Positions 1 to 49,700 of a stretch of 64,000 nt of DNA are shown here, piece after piece. A model generated the notes under the pieces. It did no database searches. It saw only the letters and a program-made list of their open reading frames with translations, and was not told the DNA's origin. Location of the stretch: positions 13,992,387-14,056,386 of the forward strand of contig CP154954.1 of NCBI GenBank assembly GCA_039621445.1, in the 5' to 3' direction. The DNA is from Euglena gracilis (lineage: Eukaryota). Within the stretch, counting starts at the first letter, position 1, and every line of letters begins with the position of its first letter. The position numbers were made by a program, and so were the translations under genes.

Positions 1-524
1 CAAATTTGTGTGAAACCCCTCGTATTATCCGCCACATTTTTCTGATTGACAACTGGTGGAAATCATCCTGCTCTTTACCCCTTTCGAGAATTCTCAAATG
101 TCTCTAACAGTCTACTTCCACCTGCCAAACACACTTCTTTCGCAACAAACTTCATTTATCCCCTAAAGTGTAGCAGGCAACCAAAAAGCAAGCAAAGGGG
201 TTGATTTAAGAGCATCACCTTGCGCTGGTAGTTTGTGTGGCAGATTGGCCACATCATCTCACTTACATTGAGATTCTGTGACACCAATTCGGCAACAAAA
301 TCAATGTTCCTTCACACAACTGTGTAACGAAGCATTATTTGTCTTTTTGCGCAGTTGTGCAAATGAGCAATTTCATAACCAACCAACAGCCTCCCATGCC
401 AACGTGTTGTAGCTGGAAAACAAATGTTGGCTACATCATATGATATATTATATCCTATCATATCAATTAACCCCGGGGCTGAACCACCAGAACATCTTTG
501 TGAAAACATACTGCTTTCCTAGAT

Positions 525-3500
525 CTTAGGCGGCCTAATTCGCATTTAAGCTTTTTTATTTTTTTGCGCATTTGCGCAAATTTGCGAATTTTTTGATTCT
601 GCTTTGATTCGGCTGTGAAGGTCAGGGTGGTTTGAAAACACGTTGACAAGAGAGTGCAAAAAATATGCAAAATTCTGTTTTTGGCTGTGTGACCCCCGGG
701 ACCTTGCCCGCCCGCACTGAAAAAAATAAAAAAAAACACCAAAGGAACGGGACCTTTACTGCCCTTGTTGCTTCTTTCGGCTGTGTCCCCGGGTGTGCCC
801 GAGCTGCCGGCGGTGTGTGTCCTGGGTTTTTACCGGACTGCTTTGCTTGCGACGCCTTGCTGTGGTGTTTTGGGGCTGTTTGTCAAAGCGCGGGGAGGAG
901 GTGCCGGGGGGTGTGGGTGTTGTGTGACCGAGTGGGAAGGAGGGACGCAGTGAGAGGAAGGTAAGTGTGGGGTGTTGGGCAAGGGAAGGGCAGGGGGGAA
1001 GAAATAGGGTCCATAGGGAATGAGGGGGATGGGTGTCTCCCACCCAGCTTATACCCGGAATCCACACAACCAGTTGTGTGGCAAAGAACCCAGCAGAAGA
1101 AGCCCAACACCGGAAGGACAAAATTGTGTTTATTTGCGCGCAAATGCGTGCACCAACATGTTTATGTTTATTTGCGCATTTGCGCAAATAAACATAAACA
1201 TGCCCTTCAAGGATTGGGCTTTAGTACCCATGAACTGACGCTGTTGAAAAACGGTGTGACAAAGGAGCTGTGAGTGCGCAGACCAACGGGCCGTCCAGTT
1301 GGTAGGTTCGTCACACTGTTTGTCGACACGCAAGCTTATGGGCGCAAATGCGCACACAAACAAAAATTATGTTTATGTTCGCATTTGCGCAAATGCGCAA
1401 ACAAACATGTTCTTTGTTTATGTGCGCAAACGCGCAAATAAACACAAAGAAGAACGGTGTGATGGAAACACAACCGTCAAACACCAGCAGCAGATGTGGT
1501 CTATTTGCGCATTTGCGCGCATCACATTGTTTGTGGGCGCAAATGCGCAAATAAACTGCATGAGAAAACTGTACAATGTACATTTGGTTTATCTGCGCAT
1601 TTGCGCAAATAAACCACGTGATGCGCGCAAATGCGCAAATAAACCACCAACGGAGGAGTTTAAAGCGACTTCATTTGGCACTCCAACAACCACCCTCAGT
1701 GGCTTCTGAACGGGTTCAACCCAAATGGCAACACCGTCTCCTCTGGTATATGGTGTTTTGGTGCCGTATCTGGTGCCTTGACAGGTCCCACAAAAGACGG
1801 GAGACAGAGGATGTCCTGAGGTGGGTGCGCAGCCACCCAGTAACCGTACTCGTCCACCGGCACCAATTTTTGGGTCCCAAGGGCCCTGCCACTGGCCTGT
1901 GGCCTCGGCTCCGCTGTTGTAGCCACATCAGCTGCTGATGCTTCAGCACCCACCAGACCGGCATCCACCTCCCCGGTGCAACAACACCCAGCTTTAGCGG
2001 CCACGTTATACCCCACAACCGGGGCGTGAGACTGGGGGGACGACGTGGTGCCAGTGTATGGCAACCGGCAGCCGGAAAAAGGTAGCCCTCAAACACCCGT
2101 TATTTTGGGTGCAAGGAAGTGGTGAACCTTTACCACTGGATTGGTCGCATCAAAGCTGTGGGACTCACTCACCCCAAATTATGCACAAAAACTGGTGTGT
2201 TTTACGCATTTCAAGGCGAAAACGGTGGAGAATAACCAGAAAACGGACTACGGCCAGACACATCCCAGGTATTTCAGGTGCCAAATTTTGATTTCTTGCA
2301 ACGCAGTACTGTTACAGAAAAGGTGCCGAACAGTCACAGGTCGTTTGCACGTCATCAATTCATTACGTTTAACTGCCAAACAGATGACACCAAAGGAACA
2401 GGCCGTGTGGGCCGGGTAACAGCAGTGCAAATGTACACACATAAGACAGGCAAATTTTGGCCCGTCACATGCCGTGTTCCAGTGAGCATTACACACCACC
2501 TCTCACCACAAATTTCATCGCCATGTAATTGTGGTGCAAATCAATGGTTGGCATGAGGAATTGCGTTCGCCAGCCGTCACGGACGAGGAGATGGTATCGC
2601 ACAACTGATGTTTGTTCATTTGCCCATTTTGCGCAAATAAACACAATTTTGTTTGTGTGCGTTAAGGCTCGCTCAAACACATCATTTTGAAGCGGTTTAT
2701 TAATTGTTTATTTGTGCATTTGCGCAAATGCGCACACAAACGTAATTCTGTTTATTTGTGCAATTGCGCGCACCAACACGCCCAACACGTTTTAAAACCT
2801 CGTACGGTCATGGTCCTCATCAGGCTTGCGCTTAGTCGGGTGCCTACCCCACGGGGGGGGGTGCTAGGGGCAGGCACCCCATAGCACCCGATCCGGCCCC
2901 CCCCCCAGGGGGGGGTAGGGTTTTGGGGGGTGCCTGCCCCTAGCAGGCACCCCCCTCCGACCCCGGCGCCGAAGGTGCCGGGGGCCCGGAAAAGGCAATT
3001 TTCAATGAAAATTTTCTGGGTCCGGCCCGGACCCCTATCCCCCCCCCGGGGGGGTGCCTGCTAGGGGCAGGCACCCTATAGCACCCTCCCCCCCCCTCCC
3101 CCCCCGGTCGGTAAGCACAAGCATGGTCCTCATTGGTGTCTTTTAACATTGAAAGTAAAAATACATGTTTATTTGCGCATTTGCGCAAATAAACATAACT
3201 ATGTTGGTGTGCGCATTTGCGCAAATGCGCACACCAACAAATTTGTTTGTGTGCGCATTTGCGCCCACCAACACGTCAATTTAACTTCATCGTTGTATGT
3301 TTTATTTGCGCAAATGCACCCATAAACACAATTGTTTTTATTTGCGCAAATGCGCCCATAAACACAAATCAGTTGCGTGATGGCTGGTTGACGTAGTCTG
3401 TAGCACGTGATGTAATGAGGCTCAGTGTGTTCTTATCGTCTGCGGCAGTATCCAAGTCAGTTCAGCCAGCACGTCAGCACCATTTCCAAGTGTCGTAACA

Positions 3501-3751
3501 AGGGGTGTGTGCCTCTCTCCTGTTTGACATACAACAGCACGAGTCTCACCCTCTGCCCTCTTCGCGTTACTTGGTAAGCAGCATTTACACCTACTGTTAG
3601 GTACATCCCTCCAACACAGGGTTGAAACGGTTCATAAATTGTGTTCCGTGTGTCAGGGTACAGGGTCCAGGAATTTCGTAAAATTTGCGCATTTGCGCAA
3701 ATGCGCAAATTCTAAAGGAAAAACCCTTAAGTGCGAATTCGGACTCCTAAG
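525..3751. mobile_element. ~3.2-kb non-autonomous TIR DNA transposon with 5-bp TSD
   Basis: The left end CTTAGGCGGCCTAATTCGCATTTAAG (525-550) matches the reverse complement of 3726-3751 at 22/26 nt. Both ends are flanked by TAGAT (520-524, 3752-3756). The interior has many TTTGCGCATTTGCGCAAAT motifs. No recognisable transposase ORF. Confidence 0.75.
2821..3125. mobile_element. hAT-like MITE nested in the 525-3751 element
   Basis: TIR CAGGCTTGCGCTTA / TAAGCACAAGCATG (12/14). Perfect 8-bp TSD GTCCTCAT at 2813-2820 and 3126-3133. Confidence 0.85.
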
Positions 3752-4429
3752 TAGATTTTCCCTTGCAAAATCTCCTGAGATCCAAGCATACCCGTTTACT
3801 CTCGGTCTGGGCATGACCCCCCTCCCTGCGATGTGATGCCGAGTATGTGCTCTGTGTTTATGTGTTATGTGGTGTGGCTCCAACCAGGGCCAACGGATGA
3901 GTTGTGACGGATGAATTGTGTCCAGAACTCGAAGCTGCAAAAAAGTTCAAATATTTGCAAATTATGCAAGAAGTTCATCAGTGAAAGCTCATTTTTGACC
4001 CATTTCAGCAAAGTGGGTCAAAAATTTGCAAATGTGTCATTTGCAAATAAAAAAACACCCCTCCACCACCTGCTTTTTTTCCCAGCTTGACAATAAGTGA
4101 GATTAGACAACGTAAGAGGTTTAGCGCAAAAATCAGCCAGTGGTTTTTCTCCTGCCCGCCCAAACTTTCCGGCCTCTGAATTCGACCCCCTGTGGAAGGG
4201 TCACAAAGCTGTGACCTGCTCTTGAACCCTCCTTCGGGTTTGGTGGGAAGTAAATGACCAAAAAATTGCTTTCAATGCGGCAATGAATTTGCATTGTTGA
4301 TTTTTTTTTGCAATTTTCAGGTCAGTTGCTCACTTTTCACTTTTTTTTTTGCATTCTCTGACATCAAATGCATGTGACATTGTTCCGGTGTGTGGGTGTC
4401 AGGCCATCATGCATTTGTGTGTCACGCCA

Positions 4430-13850
<9,421 letters not shown>

Positions 13851-15262
13851 GGCCAGGTCGTCTCGCCGGACGATCCCTGTTCGACGTGCTGTGCTGGGTG
13901 TCATGCACCGGCCAGCAATCCGGTACCACCGCTGGACCCACCTGGTGGGGGCCGCTGGCCTCCTGACAGGTATTTGGTGTCGTGGCGCGGGTGCTGCGGT
14001 TTGGGGTTGCTGGCTTTCTCCAGGGTGTAGCAAGCACCCGATGATTGAAATTGAAACATGCCAAAATTCAATTTTATGCTTTTTTTTTAAGTTTTTGGAT
14101 GTTTTTAAACTTCCTTTTTGCTTTTTTGGCGATCACAAGAACCCAGGACGATTAAAAACGTGGTTTCGCTATTTAGCCTGCTGATTATTAAATTGAATTT
14201 GCTTTGATTTATTTTGTTTTACGAAAATATTTTCCTGTTTTTTTTTTGATGGATTGTTTTCTTGCATCACCTGCACCTCCAGTGGTGGCCTGTGGAACGT
14301 TTCTGCACGCCGCGCTGTTTAGCAAAGCGTTGTGTATTGCTCGCACAGTGGTTGCTCATTGTTTGTCATGTTGTGTCATTGCATGCATGATGGCACCCTT
14401 TTCCAGCGATCTGTGGTCCCAGGTCTTCGTCAAAGTGCCAAGCACCCCCTCGAACCGAAATCCAATTGATGTGGGCTGTTTATTGACACTCTAGAACTCT
14501 ATTTTCAATTACAAAAACCACATGATCTGCCAGAAGAATTAAAACTGGGATCTGTTATTGAAATAACTTCCGCTGCCCACGTGATCCAAGCAGGTCAGCC
14601 GCATGGCTTTCTCCAACACTGTCCGGAGAAACCCTTCTAGGGGGAAAAACTCAGTTCAGTGCTAATATTTTATGAAGGCCTACATCTGTGGTTAAATTTC
14701 TTCAATGGGAATGGGTTTCCTGTCTAACATATACAGATATATGTAAATGTGCTTTAATATGGCAAGTGTACCTTTGGATACCCTATCCTAGATGCCCTAG
14801 ATACCCTACCCTAGATAGTGGAGGTTATCGACGTGGACATATTCAACGTTAGTGAAGAAGTGGTTAAGGTTAGGATTGATAGGCCTAATTCCTGCCATCC
14901 TTTTGGGGGGTGCATTTCCAAGGCGTCAGAGGGACAGGAGAAGAAAAAGGGGACCGGATGTCCTTTCTCTGGTGTCACCCGGGGTTTTCAAGAGTTCTTT
15001 GGGGGGGTATTGAAATGATCTCAGCGGCCTAACTCACATTTAAGGTTTTGATTTTTGCATTGCGCCTAAGCGCAATGTTGCAATATTTTTGCAACCTGGC
15101 GGTGAAACCCAACTTTTTGACCCTCTGCTCTGGTTTCCTTTGGAACCCTCCACGGTGGCATTTGCATCATTTGCCGATGTTGGGACCCAGGGAACAGGCC
15201 CAATTTTCGGCTTGTGCACCATTTAAAAAGGTTCAAAAACCTGGGTTTTAACTTCCAGGACA

Positions 15263-15431
15263 CATACATACGTACATACATACATACATACATACATACA
15301 TACATACATACATACATACATACATACATACATACATACATACATACATACATACATACATACATACATACATACATACATACATACATACATACATACA
15401 TACATACATACATACATACATACATACATAC
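15263..15431. repeat. (CATA)n microsatellite
   Basis: About 42 tandem CATA units. Confidence 0.98.
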
Positions 15432-16837
15432 TGGGTCTTGCTGTTTTTGGTGTTAAATTAAATTGAACAGGAATTTTGCAGTTTTTTGGTGTTAAGTTTT
15501 GACTGCGCATTACAGGTGCATTTTTGTCTTAGTAATGTGAAATTGGTTTTTTCCCTTTCCACATCAGTTGCAGAGTTGTACAAATCATGTAGAATTTGGT
15601 TCCAGCCCTCAGCGGAGCTCAGTGCTATGGAGCAAAAGAAAACTGTCTGACCAAAATTGAAGCCCTTGGAATGCGCCTTTATCTAAATATCCAACCATAC
15701 TTTTTCCCAACTCCTTGTGTAGCCCGAGCTTGTAAGTGGTAAAAAAAATTGATGCCTTCAAAATATCTTGGAGATGAAGCAAAATCAAAGGAAATGTCTG
15801 GTGTCATAAAACAAAGCCCTTGGAACGCACCATCTAACGGTATTTTGGTTTCCCCGCAACTGCACGACTGCGCTGAAGATAGATGCATACATTGCACCAG
15901 GTGTCGTGTAGTGCTGAGCTCTTCACGTGTCTGATGGTCCCACAAAACAGCAGCTGTTTGAAGCATGTGGCTGCCAGCTGCCCAGCTACCCAGCCGGTGG
16001 CCCGCCGCCTGGCAGGGTTGACCTGGCAACCGGCAACCGCATACATCAAACAGCTGCTGTCTCGTGGTCTGGCGGGGGAATCAAAAATGCCATTGAATAA
16101 GGCTTTTTATGGGCTTCAGTGTTGGGTCTCCGGTGAATTTGCGTGGTTGGCCACCATTTTTCATTTTCAAAGCCATCCCCTGAACGAAAACCCTAATCCC
16201 AACCCTTAAACCCCATTCTGGATTTTAACCCTAACCCAAACACTAACCCAAACGCTGTTTCTCCCCCTGATTGGACATTTTTGTGAAGGTGGGTCCAATT
16301 TTTAAAGCTTTTTTTCAGTTTTTCGGTTTTTTTTATTTTCTCCAGCCAGCCAAAAAATTCTGCAAAAATATTTCTTGGTATTGATTGAATTATTTCTGTG
16401 TAAGCAGAGCCCCAAAACATAATCTTCCCTAGTGTTCATTTTGTTTCAAAACCATTTTTTTTTTGCGAAAAAGAAGAGGCAATTTTTTCTCCAGTTTGAT
16501 TGTCCTGTGTATTTCTCCTGACTTCTGAAGATAAAACAAAATGCAAAGTGGTGTGGGGTATGGAATCAATCTTTTTTTTGCAGGAGGGGTCAATATTTTT
16601 TATACAGACAGGTGAAACAAATTTGAAACAGACAGGGCTAGGATACTAAATGATGGGAGTGGGTCTTCCTGGATGGGATGGCCCCCCTGTGCGAAGGAAA
16701 GTTCGTTGCAAAATACCAGGACGTTGGAAGGGCCAGGCGTGTGGGTGGCCAAAACGGTGCACAGGACAACAAACTCGAGTTATTTTGATAACAATTGTCA
16801 ATTTTTGATCCAGAACAACTCACTTTGAGGATATGAG

Positions 16838-16855
16838 ATTTTCCGCCCATCTCAG
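16838..16855 (+). promoter_or_regulatory. candidate spliced-leader trans-splice acceptor of the Ufd2 gene
   Basis: Pyrimidine-rich TTTTCCGCCCATCTCAG ending 46 nt upstream of the ATG at 16902. Euglenid mRNAs are SL trans-spliced. Inference only. Confidence 0.35.
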
Positions 16856-16901
16856 TTTCATCCGCTGTTTTCACCCCTCATCCACAAGACCCCTGCCCCG
16901 G

Positions 16902-43677
<26,776 letters not shown>

Positions 43678-46600
43678 GCTGTCCCCCCATCGAACTCAAC
43701 ACTTTGCCCCGCCTTCCACCCACCACGACGCATATGCATTCCTGTGTGTGTTTGCCTCCTCACCTTTTCCTGCGATTTTAACAGCACTTTCAAGACACCT
43801 GTCACGGCGTCTTTTGGACGTTTGGCATCGCCTGCGGGAGACGCCCCAGTTTTACTGATTTGTACCATGACGCTTTTTCAGGATGGCTTTATGCAATTTA
43901 GGGTCACTGGGACATTTTTGGGCCCATTTCGCACAGCATATGCTTCGCATGTAATACACGTTCGTGTGTGCATGTGCATCTGTGTGTGTGGATGTGTGTC
44001 CGCGCGCGTGTGCGTGCGTGCGTGTGTGCGCGCGTGTGTGTGTGCGTTTCTGGATGCAGCAATTAGCCTCTAACCGCCAAATCTAACATCACGTTCATAC
44101 ATGTGATATAAGACAATGTTCCCAATTAAACCCCCCAAATAACCTGGCGGGGTCCTTGCTCCTGGCAGGGGCCGAATTACTTGGCAGGGGGAGGGGCAAA
44201 AAAAGATGGTTCCAGTAACTTGGCACCCCCCTTTTCAGGCAAAATTCCTTCATGTCGCTGAAAAAGGGGCCAAATAACATTACGGGGGGGGGGCAGGGCC
44301 AAAAGTTAGTTTCAATAACCTGGCATTGTATTTGGGGGTGGGGGTTACATGATTCCCCTCTTGCTGGCTGTGACAGTGCGGAGCACGAGTGGGGTCCAAG
44401 GAGGAAAGGAGGGGGGTTTCATCTTCTCAGGGAAAAATAAAAGAGGCGGGTGAGGTTTTGCCATTGATCTCAGTTCCGTTGAACCTTTACCACACGAATG
44501 GGCTGTGTTTTTAACTGGCAGGTGCAACCCCGAAGCCTGTATTGGAGATTTGAAACTTTATTTCCGACATGCCTACCCCCCCCCTCTTTTGAAGGGTGGA
44601 TTGGTGGCTGAGTTCAGACGTTCAAATTCTCATCATTTGATGCACTTAGTTGGGCATTGACTTTTTGTTGCCGGGGCATCCCTCTCCCACAACCAGGGCA
44701 GTCCTCAGGTGCAGTTCTTCTCTTTACTTTTCTTAAGGACTCCTTGGTGACCCCTTCCGGGCAATTGGCCCAGAAGGGGGGAACTGGAACCCAACCCCAG
44801 TCGAAACCCAAGGCGTTGCAAAACCATATCTTTTTGCATGTTTCACGTTGCTGGGCGATGTTCTATGGATGCCAGGTGTCGTGGTTTTCGTGTTCGGAAG
44901 ATCATCGCTGAAATAATATCCCCTCTGCCCTCCAGAAGAAAATAAAAAAATTATTATTTTTTGTCCGCCAAGCCACTGTAGATTACCTGAAGGACGGGAC
45001 AGCCAATTTGGGGTTATGTTGGTCTGAGGTGGTCTCTGAAGCATGTGCGGCCTCGTGGAGCAACGGGTGAAACAAGTGGGGGTTTTTGAGTCCCCAACAA
45101 ACAGTATTTTTTCAGCCAGGCATCGAGTGCCCCACTTTGTTGTAGCTTTCCAAACCCCTGCCACGGTCAGGTTTCTTTTTTAGGACAGTCACACCTTGAG
45201 GGGGGCTGCCATATGGTCAGGCGTTTGAAACCCCTTCAAGGACAGGTTTTTAGGGGTGGTGGTTCAAAAGCCCCCCTTCCAGGGCGTTGCTTAAGAAAAT
45301 TTGGCCCCCCCAGGGGGTCCAGCCAGCCAGCAGCCTTTTTCCAGCCCTGGAACCCCCTCCCTCCCCCCATCAACGAGTTGCATTTATTTCCAGCCGCCCG
45401 AAGGGTGGCTGGACGGTAATGGATTTTTCGCTTTCAGGAGTGCAGAAAAAATGGGCCAAAAATGGGTCAAAAATGGGCGAAAATGGGCTGGAAGAGGCTG
45501 GCCAGGGCAAATTTGGGGTCAAGAAATCGATTTTTTTTGCATAATTGGCAGTTTTTTGGGGGTATTTTTGCAGTTTCCATTTCTTTTGGTACCCAGTTCG
45601 ACCCTGGGCACCAGCTCCAGGACCCCTATGGAGGGGAGGGGCATGGCGCAACCCCTACCCGCCCTGGGAGGGAGGGGTGGTCAAGACCCACTCTCCAACA
45701 CCCCCTGCGGTTGGGGTCACACAGGTGTTAAGTGAACCTACGTCTTGTACATGCAGCAAGTGTCAATTTTAGGACCCTGGGATTTTTACTTACTGACTTG
45801 AAATTGGGTTGGCCATCTGTCCTTGGGGCGACTGGATACAGTAGGGTTGGGGTTAGGATTGTTGATTCTTAAAAATACTCCCTTCCTCCCTACCCGTCTA
45901 TTTGGGGGAGAGGGGAAGCGCGTTTCCCTCAGGCGGCAGAGGGATAGCGGGAGAAAAGAAAATGCCAATCGTGCCTCAACCAGGGACCAGAGTACAATTT
46001 TCTTTCAGTCTCCCAAAAAAGGCTCTCTGGGGTTGTTGAGGAATTGGGTTAGGGTTACGGTTTTAGTATTCTGGCACAAAAGTGCTAGGGCCTAACAATC
46101 CTAAACACAACCGGACTTCTTCCAATAAACCCTAAAGCCACATCGTCAACTGGGTGTGAAGCTCAGAACCCCCGCAGGGATCCTGAACTTAACACGTACA
46201 TATTTTCCCATCATTTCCCACCGCACATTTTCTACATCTTTTGCCACCTTTTCAACATCTTTTGAAAGAGCCATTTTGAGATTTGTAAATTTCGGGAACA
46301 AACAGAAAAAAGAAGAGGTCCATTTTTTCCCTTTCACAATCATTGATCGTTCCAAAATCGAAATGGGGGTCATCCAGCAGCCATTTTCCAGCCAGTCCAA
46401 TTTTTCCAGCCTCTGAGCTTCCCCCCCCCCCCGGGGGGAGGGGGGTCCCTGAGCAACGCCCTGCCCCCTTCCCATGGTGGTGGTGCTCATGGCGCATGGC
46501 TGTGGGATGGCACCCCCGAGTACAAGCCACCCTCTTCCCCACCCAAAGGTCAATATGAACAAACAGTTATATTATTTTGATACATAAATAAATAAATAAA

Positions 46601-46774
46601 TAAATATTATTACTGAATTATAATATATAATAATAATATAATTACAAAACTAAACAAAAATAAATAAATAAATAAATATTCAGATATTCATATTCAGATG
46701 AATAAAAGCCTGGTCAGTGGTCCACGGTGCTCACCCCCCCCCCTCCCCAACCTCCCCAGTGCCCCGCCACCCCC

Positions 46775-49700
46775 ATGGCCGCCGCCGGCCGGCTGCTGGC
46801 GGCGGTGCTCCTCCTCCTCCTCCCCCTGCCGGGGTCGGCGGCCCTCCAACGGCCGCCTGCCCACCGGCGGGTGGCCCCAGTAGGACCGCGGTCTGGCTTA
46901 GCCGCCGCCGCCGGCCGGGGCTTACAGACCGACCCGCGGCCGACCCCCGTGGACCGCGGCATGGACGGTGTGTAGCGTGGATCGGCCGGTGCCCGCACAA
47001 CGCTGCCATGGCACGCTCCCTGTTTGTGCTTGGTGTCGCTCTACTCGGGTCGAATGATTTCCCTCTTCGTGGGGGGAGGGGGGGGCGTTGCCACTTCTCT
47101 CTCTGCCTCTCGGCAAGGGGTGGCACAAAAGTGGTTTTATTTGTGTTTTTTGCTTGTTTTCCGAATTTTGCAAATCTTTTCTATTTATTATTTTCTACAT
47201 TTATTGTATCTTTTTTTGTTATTTTGCATTTTTTTTGCCTTTTTCCCCTGTCGCGATTCTTGAGGTCTGTGTTGCTGTTGCGCCCCCGCCGCTGCTCCAC
47301 CCTGAGCCTCTCATGCCCCCACAGGGCTGCCCACATCCAACAGCGCTCTCCCCAGTGACGGCGGCCCACTGACGCTGGCACCGGGGCTTTGGGCAGCAAT
47401 CGCGGTGGCGTGCCTGGCCAGCGTTAGTTGCGCACTGCGCCGCTGGTGGACGGGGGACAGCCGGACCGGCGTCCTCCGACCACTCTGTGACCCTCGCCAG
47501 GCACCGCCTTCCGCGAGGCCCTGAGGTTGCTGTGCAGATGCCCTGATAAACACCCCCCCCCCCCCAATGTGCTGATGTACACTGAGGGTCTTTAAATTTC
47601 GCCCTTGGAAAGAATCGGCAAGGTTGGGTTTTGTTTTTGTATTTTTGGGGTGGGGGTCCCAAAATCGGCCCAAAATTTTTGGGGGGGGTACCCAAAAATC
47701 AAAAATTTGGGTCTCCATTGACGACGAGAGAAAACCACAGGAAACAATGGTCGACCACATAAAGAACACTGGCCTTGCCACGAGTTCTGTTCCGAAGGTT
47801 CCATTTACGGCACTTCGAAAGCAGCTCCTCAATCAAAGCTTGCTGGGCGACACTTTTCACATTTTTCTGAAATTTCTCGAAAATGGTGGGGAATCAAAGG
47901 AAACGTCCACAAACCTAAATTGAAGCCCTTAACATGCCCTATCTAACAACATTTTGATTTCCCCGCAAGTCCCCGCTTAGCCCGAGTTACGGCCATTTTT
48001 CGGCCGATTTTGGCCATTTTGTACAGTTTTGGCCTGTTTTGACTTAGCCGTTTTCGGCCAGTTTTGGGTCAAAAAAGTCGGAAAAAATCGAAAAAGAATT
48101 TTGCCCGAAACGATGTTTTTTGGCCTCCCAGACCTGAAAAGCCTGTTTTTGAGCCCAAAATGAGCGTTTTTCGCCCCTCCAGCGCCCCGTTTTTGGCCCA
48201 AACTCATGGAGGGTGGTTGCGATTTTGGTGGCCTTGACACTGTGGTCACAAGGGACACGGTTGACAATCCCCTCAACAATGGCTTTGTGGGACAACAAAC
48301 GTTTATACACTTGCTGAGGGCAAATCTGGTATTGAACTCCTGTCCACAGCTTTGTAGAATTTCTTGAAAGAAGCCATAAAGAAAGGGCTGTGTTGCTGAG
48401 AAAAAAAATTTCAAACAGGGGGTCCCCAAAATACAAATTCTTGGGGTTTTTGGGGAAGTACCAAAAAAACAAACCCAAAACCCAACCTTGGAATCGGGAG
48501 TCTGTGTCAGGCCGACTACCTCAGGGATAGGGTATTTGGCGAAGGCATTTCCGGCACCAAAGGTAGCAGATGCCCAGAAAAGCCTATTTTGGGGAAATTC
48601 TTGAGTCACCGCTGCCCCCCCCCTGCCCTCACCCCGGGAGGGGTAGTGCTTGCCTGCCACTCCACAAGGGGGAAACACAAATTCGTTTTTTTGTTTGTTT
48701 TTGTGCTTTTTTGTTTACGGCAAAATATGTGTTTTTTTTGGTTTTTTTTGTGCTTTTCCGGTGATTTTTTTTCATTTTTGCAGGAAAAATTTTTGACAAG
48801 AAAAAATTCCTCGCCTTGGTCCCGATTTTCCCCAGGACTAAATTTTTTATCAACTTTTGGCATTTTAATGTTTTTTGGTCAACAAATTGCATATTTTTTT
48901 GCAAAAACGAAAAAAAATTCCCCATGGAGCCAAAATTATTTCTAGGTTCTCTCCAGCAGAAAGTGTGCATTCCGTGGAGCTTCTAAGAATTTCATATGTA
49001 ATTTGCCGTTTTTTTGTGTGTGTGTTTTGTGTTTATTTGTGTTTTTGTGCTTTTTTTACGTCGTGTTATTCGAGAGTCCATGTTGCGTTCCCCCCTCTTC
49101 CAGGGTACCCCTTTCACCTCCCCTCCCACCCTGGGTGATCAAATCAGTCGGTCTGTGTTTGTGGGTGGGGTTATTTGGAATCAGAATGCACACTGTCCGT
49201 GTCACCAGTCAGCTCCTGCACACCACCGATCTCCAAATGGGTGAACTCTGACTTTGTTCAGTTTTAGAGTTGCTGGTAATGACTCTAAGGCGGTGGGTGC
49301 GCCACAATGCAGGGTTTCCCACTGATTCGTACACGAATAAGTACGAATAAGTACGAATAAGTGCGAATTGCCGAGATGTGCCAAAATACGAATAAGTACG
49401 AATAAGTACGAATAAGTACGAATGAAAAATTCCCCAGTTACGAATAAGTACGATTGCCAAGTAGAAAAAGGTACAATTTTCTGCACCAGTGCACTGAGTT
49501 GAAGGGCCCCTCACACTTCTCTGTATGTGATGCATATCTTACGCTGCAGGACGCCTCATGTCCTCTTTTCCCTCCGAAAATGATTTTTAGGTTTGCCCAT
49601 CAACAAGTTAGACCATCCATCCATCAGGGGACTCATCCGAAAGTACACATCTGTACATGGCAGTGTGAAAGAGGGGAGTAGTTTGCACCGGTCAGTGGAC

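Noticed and set aside
47008-47050. Alternative start [14 protein letters not shown] for mnmG
   Set aside because: The ATG at 46775 gives a signal peptide and a phase-matched GT-AG intron (46968-47324) that contains this segment. It is not fully excluded without cDNA.
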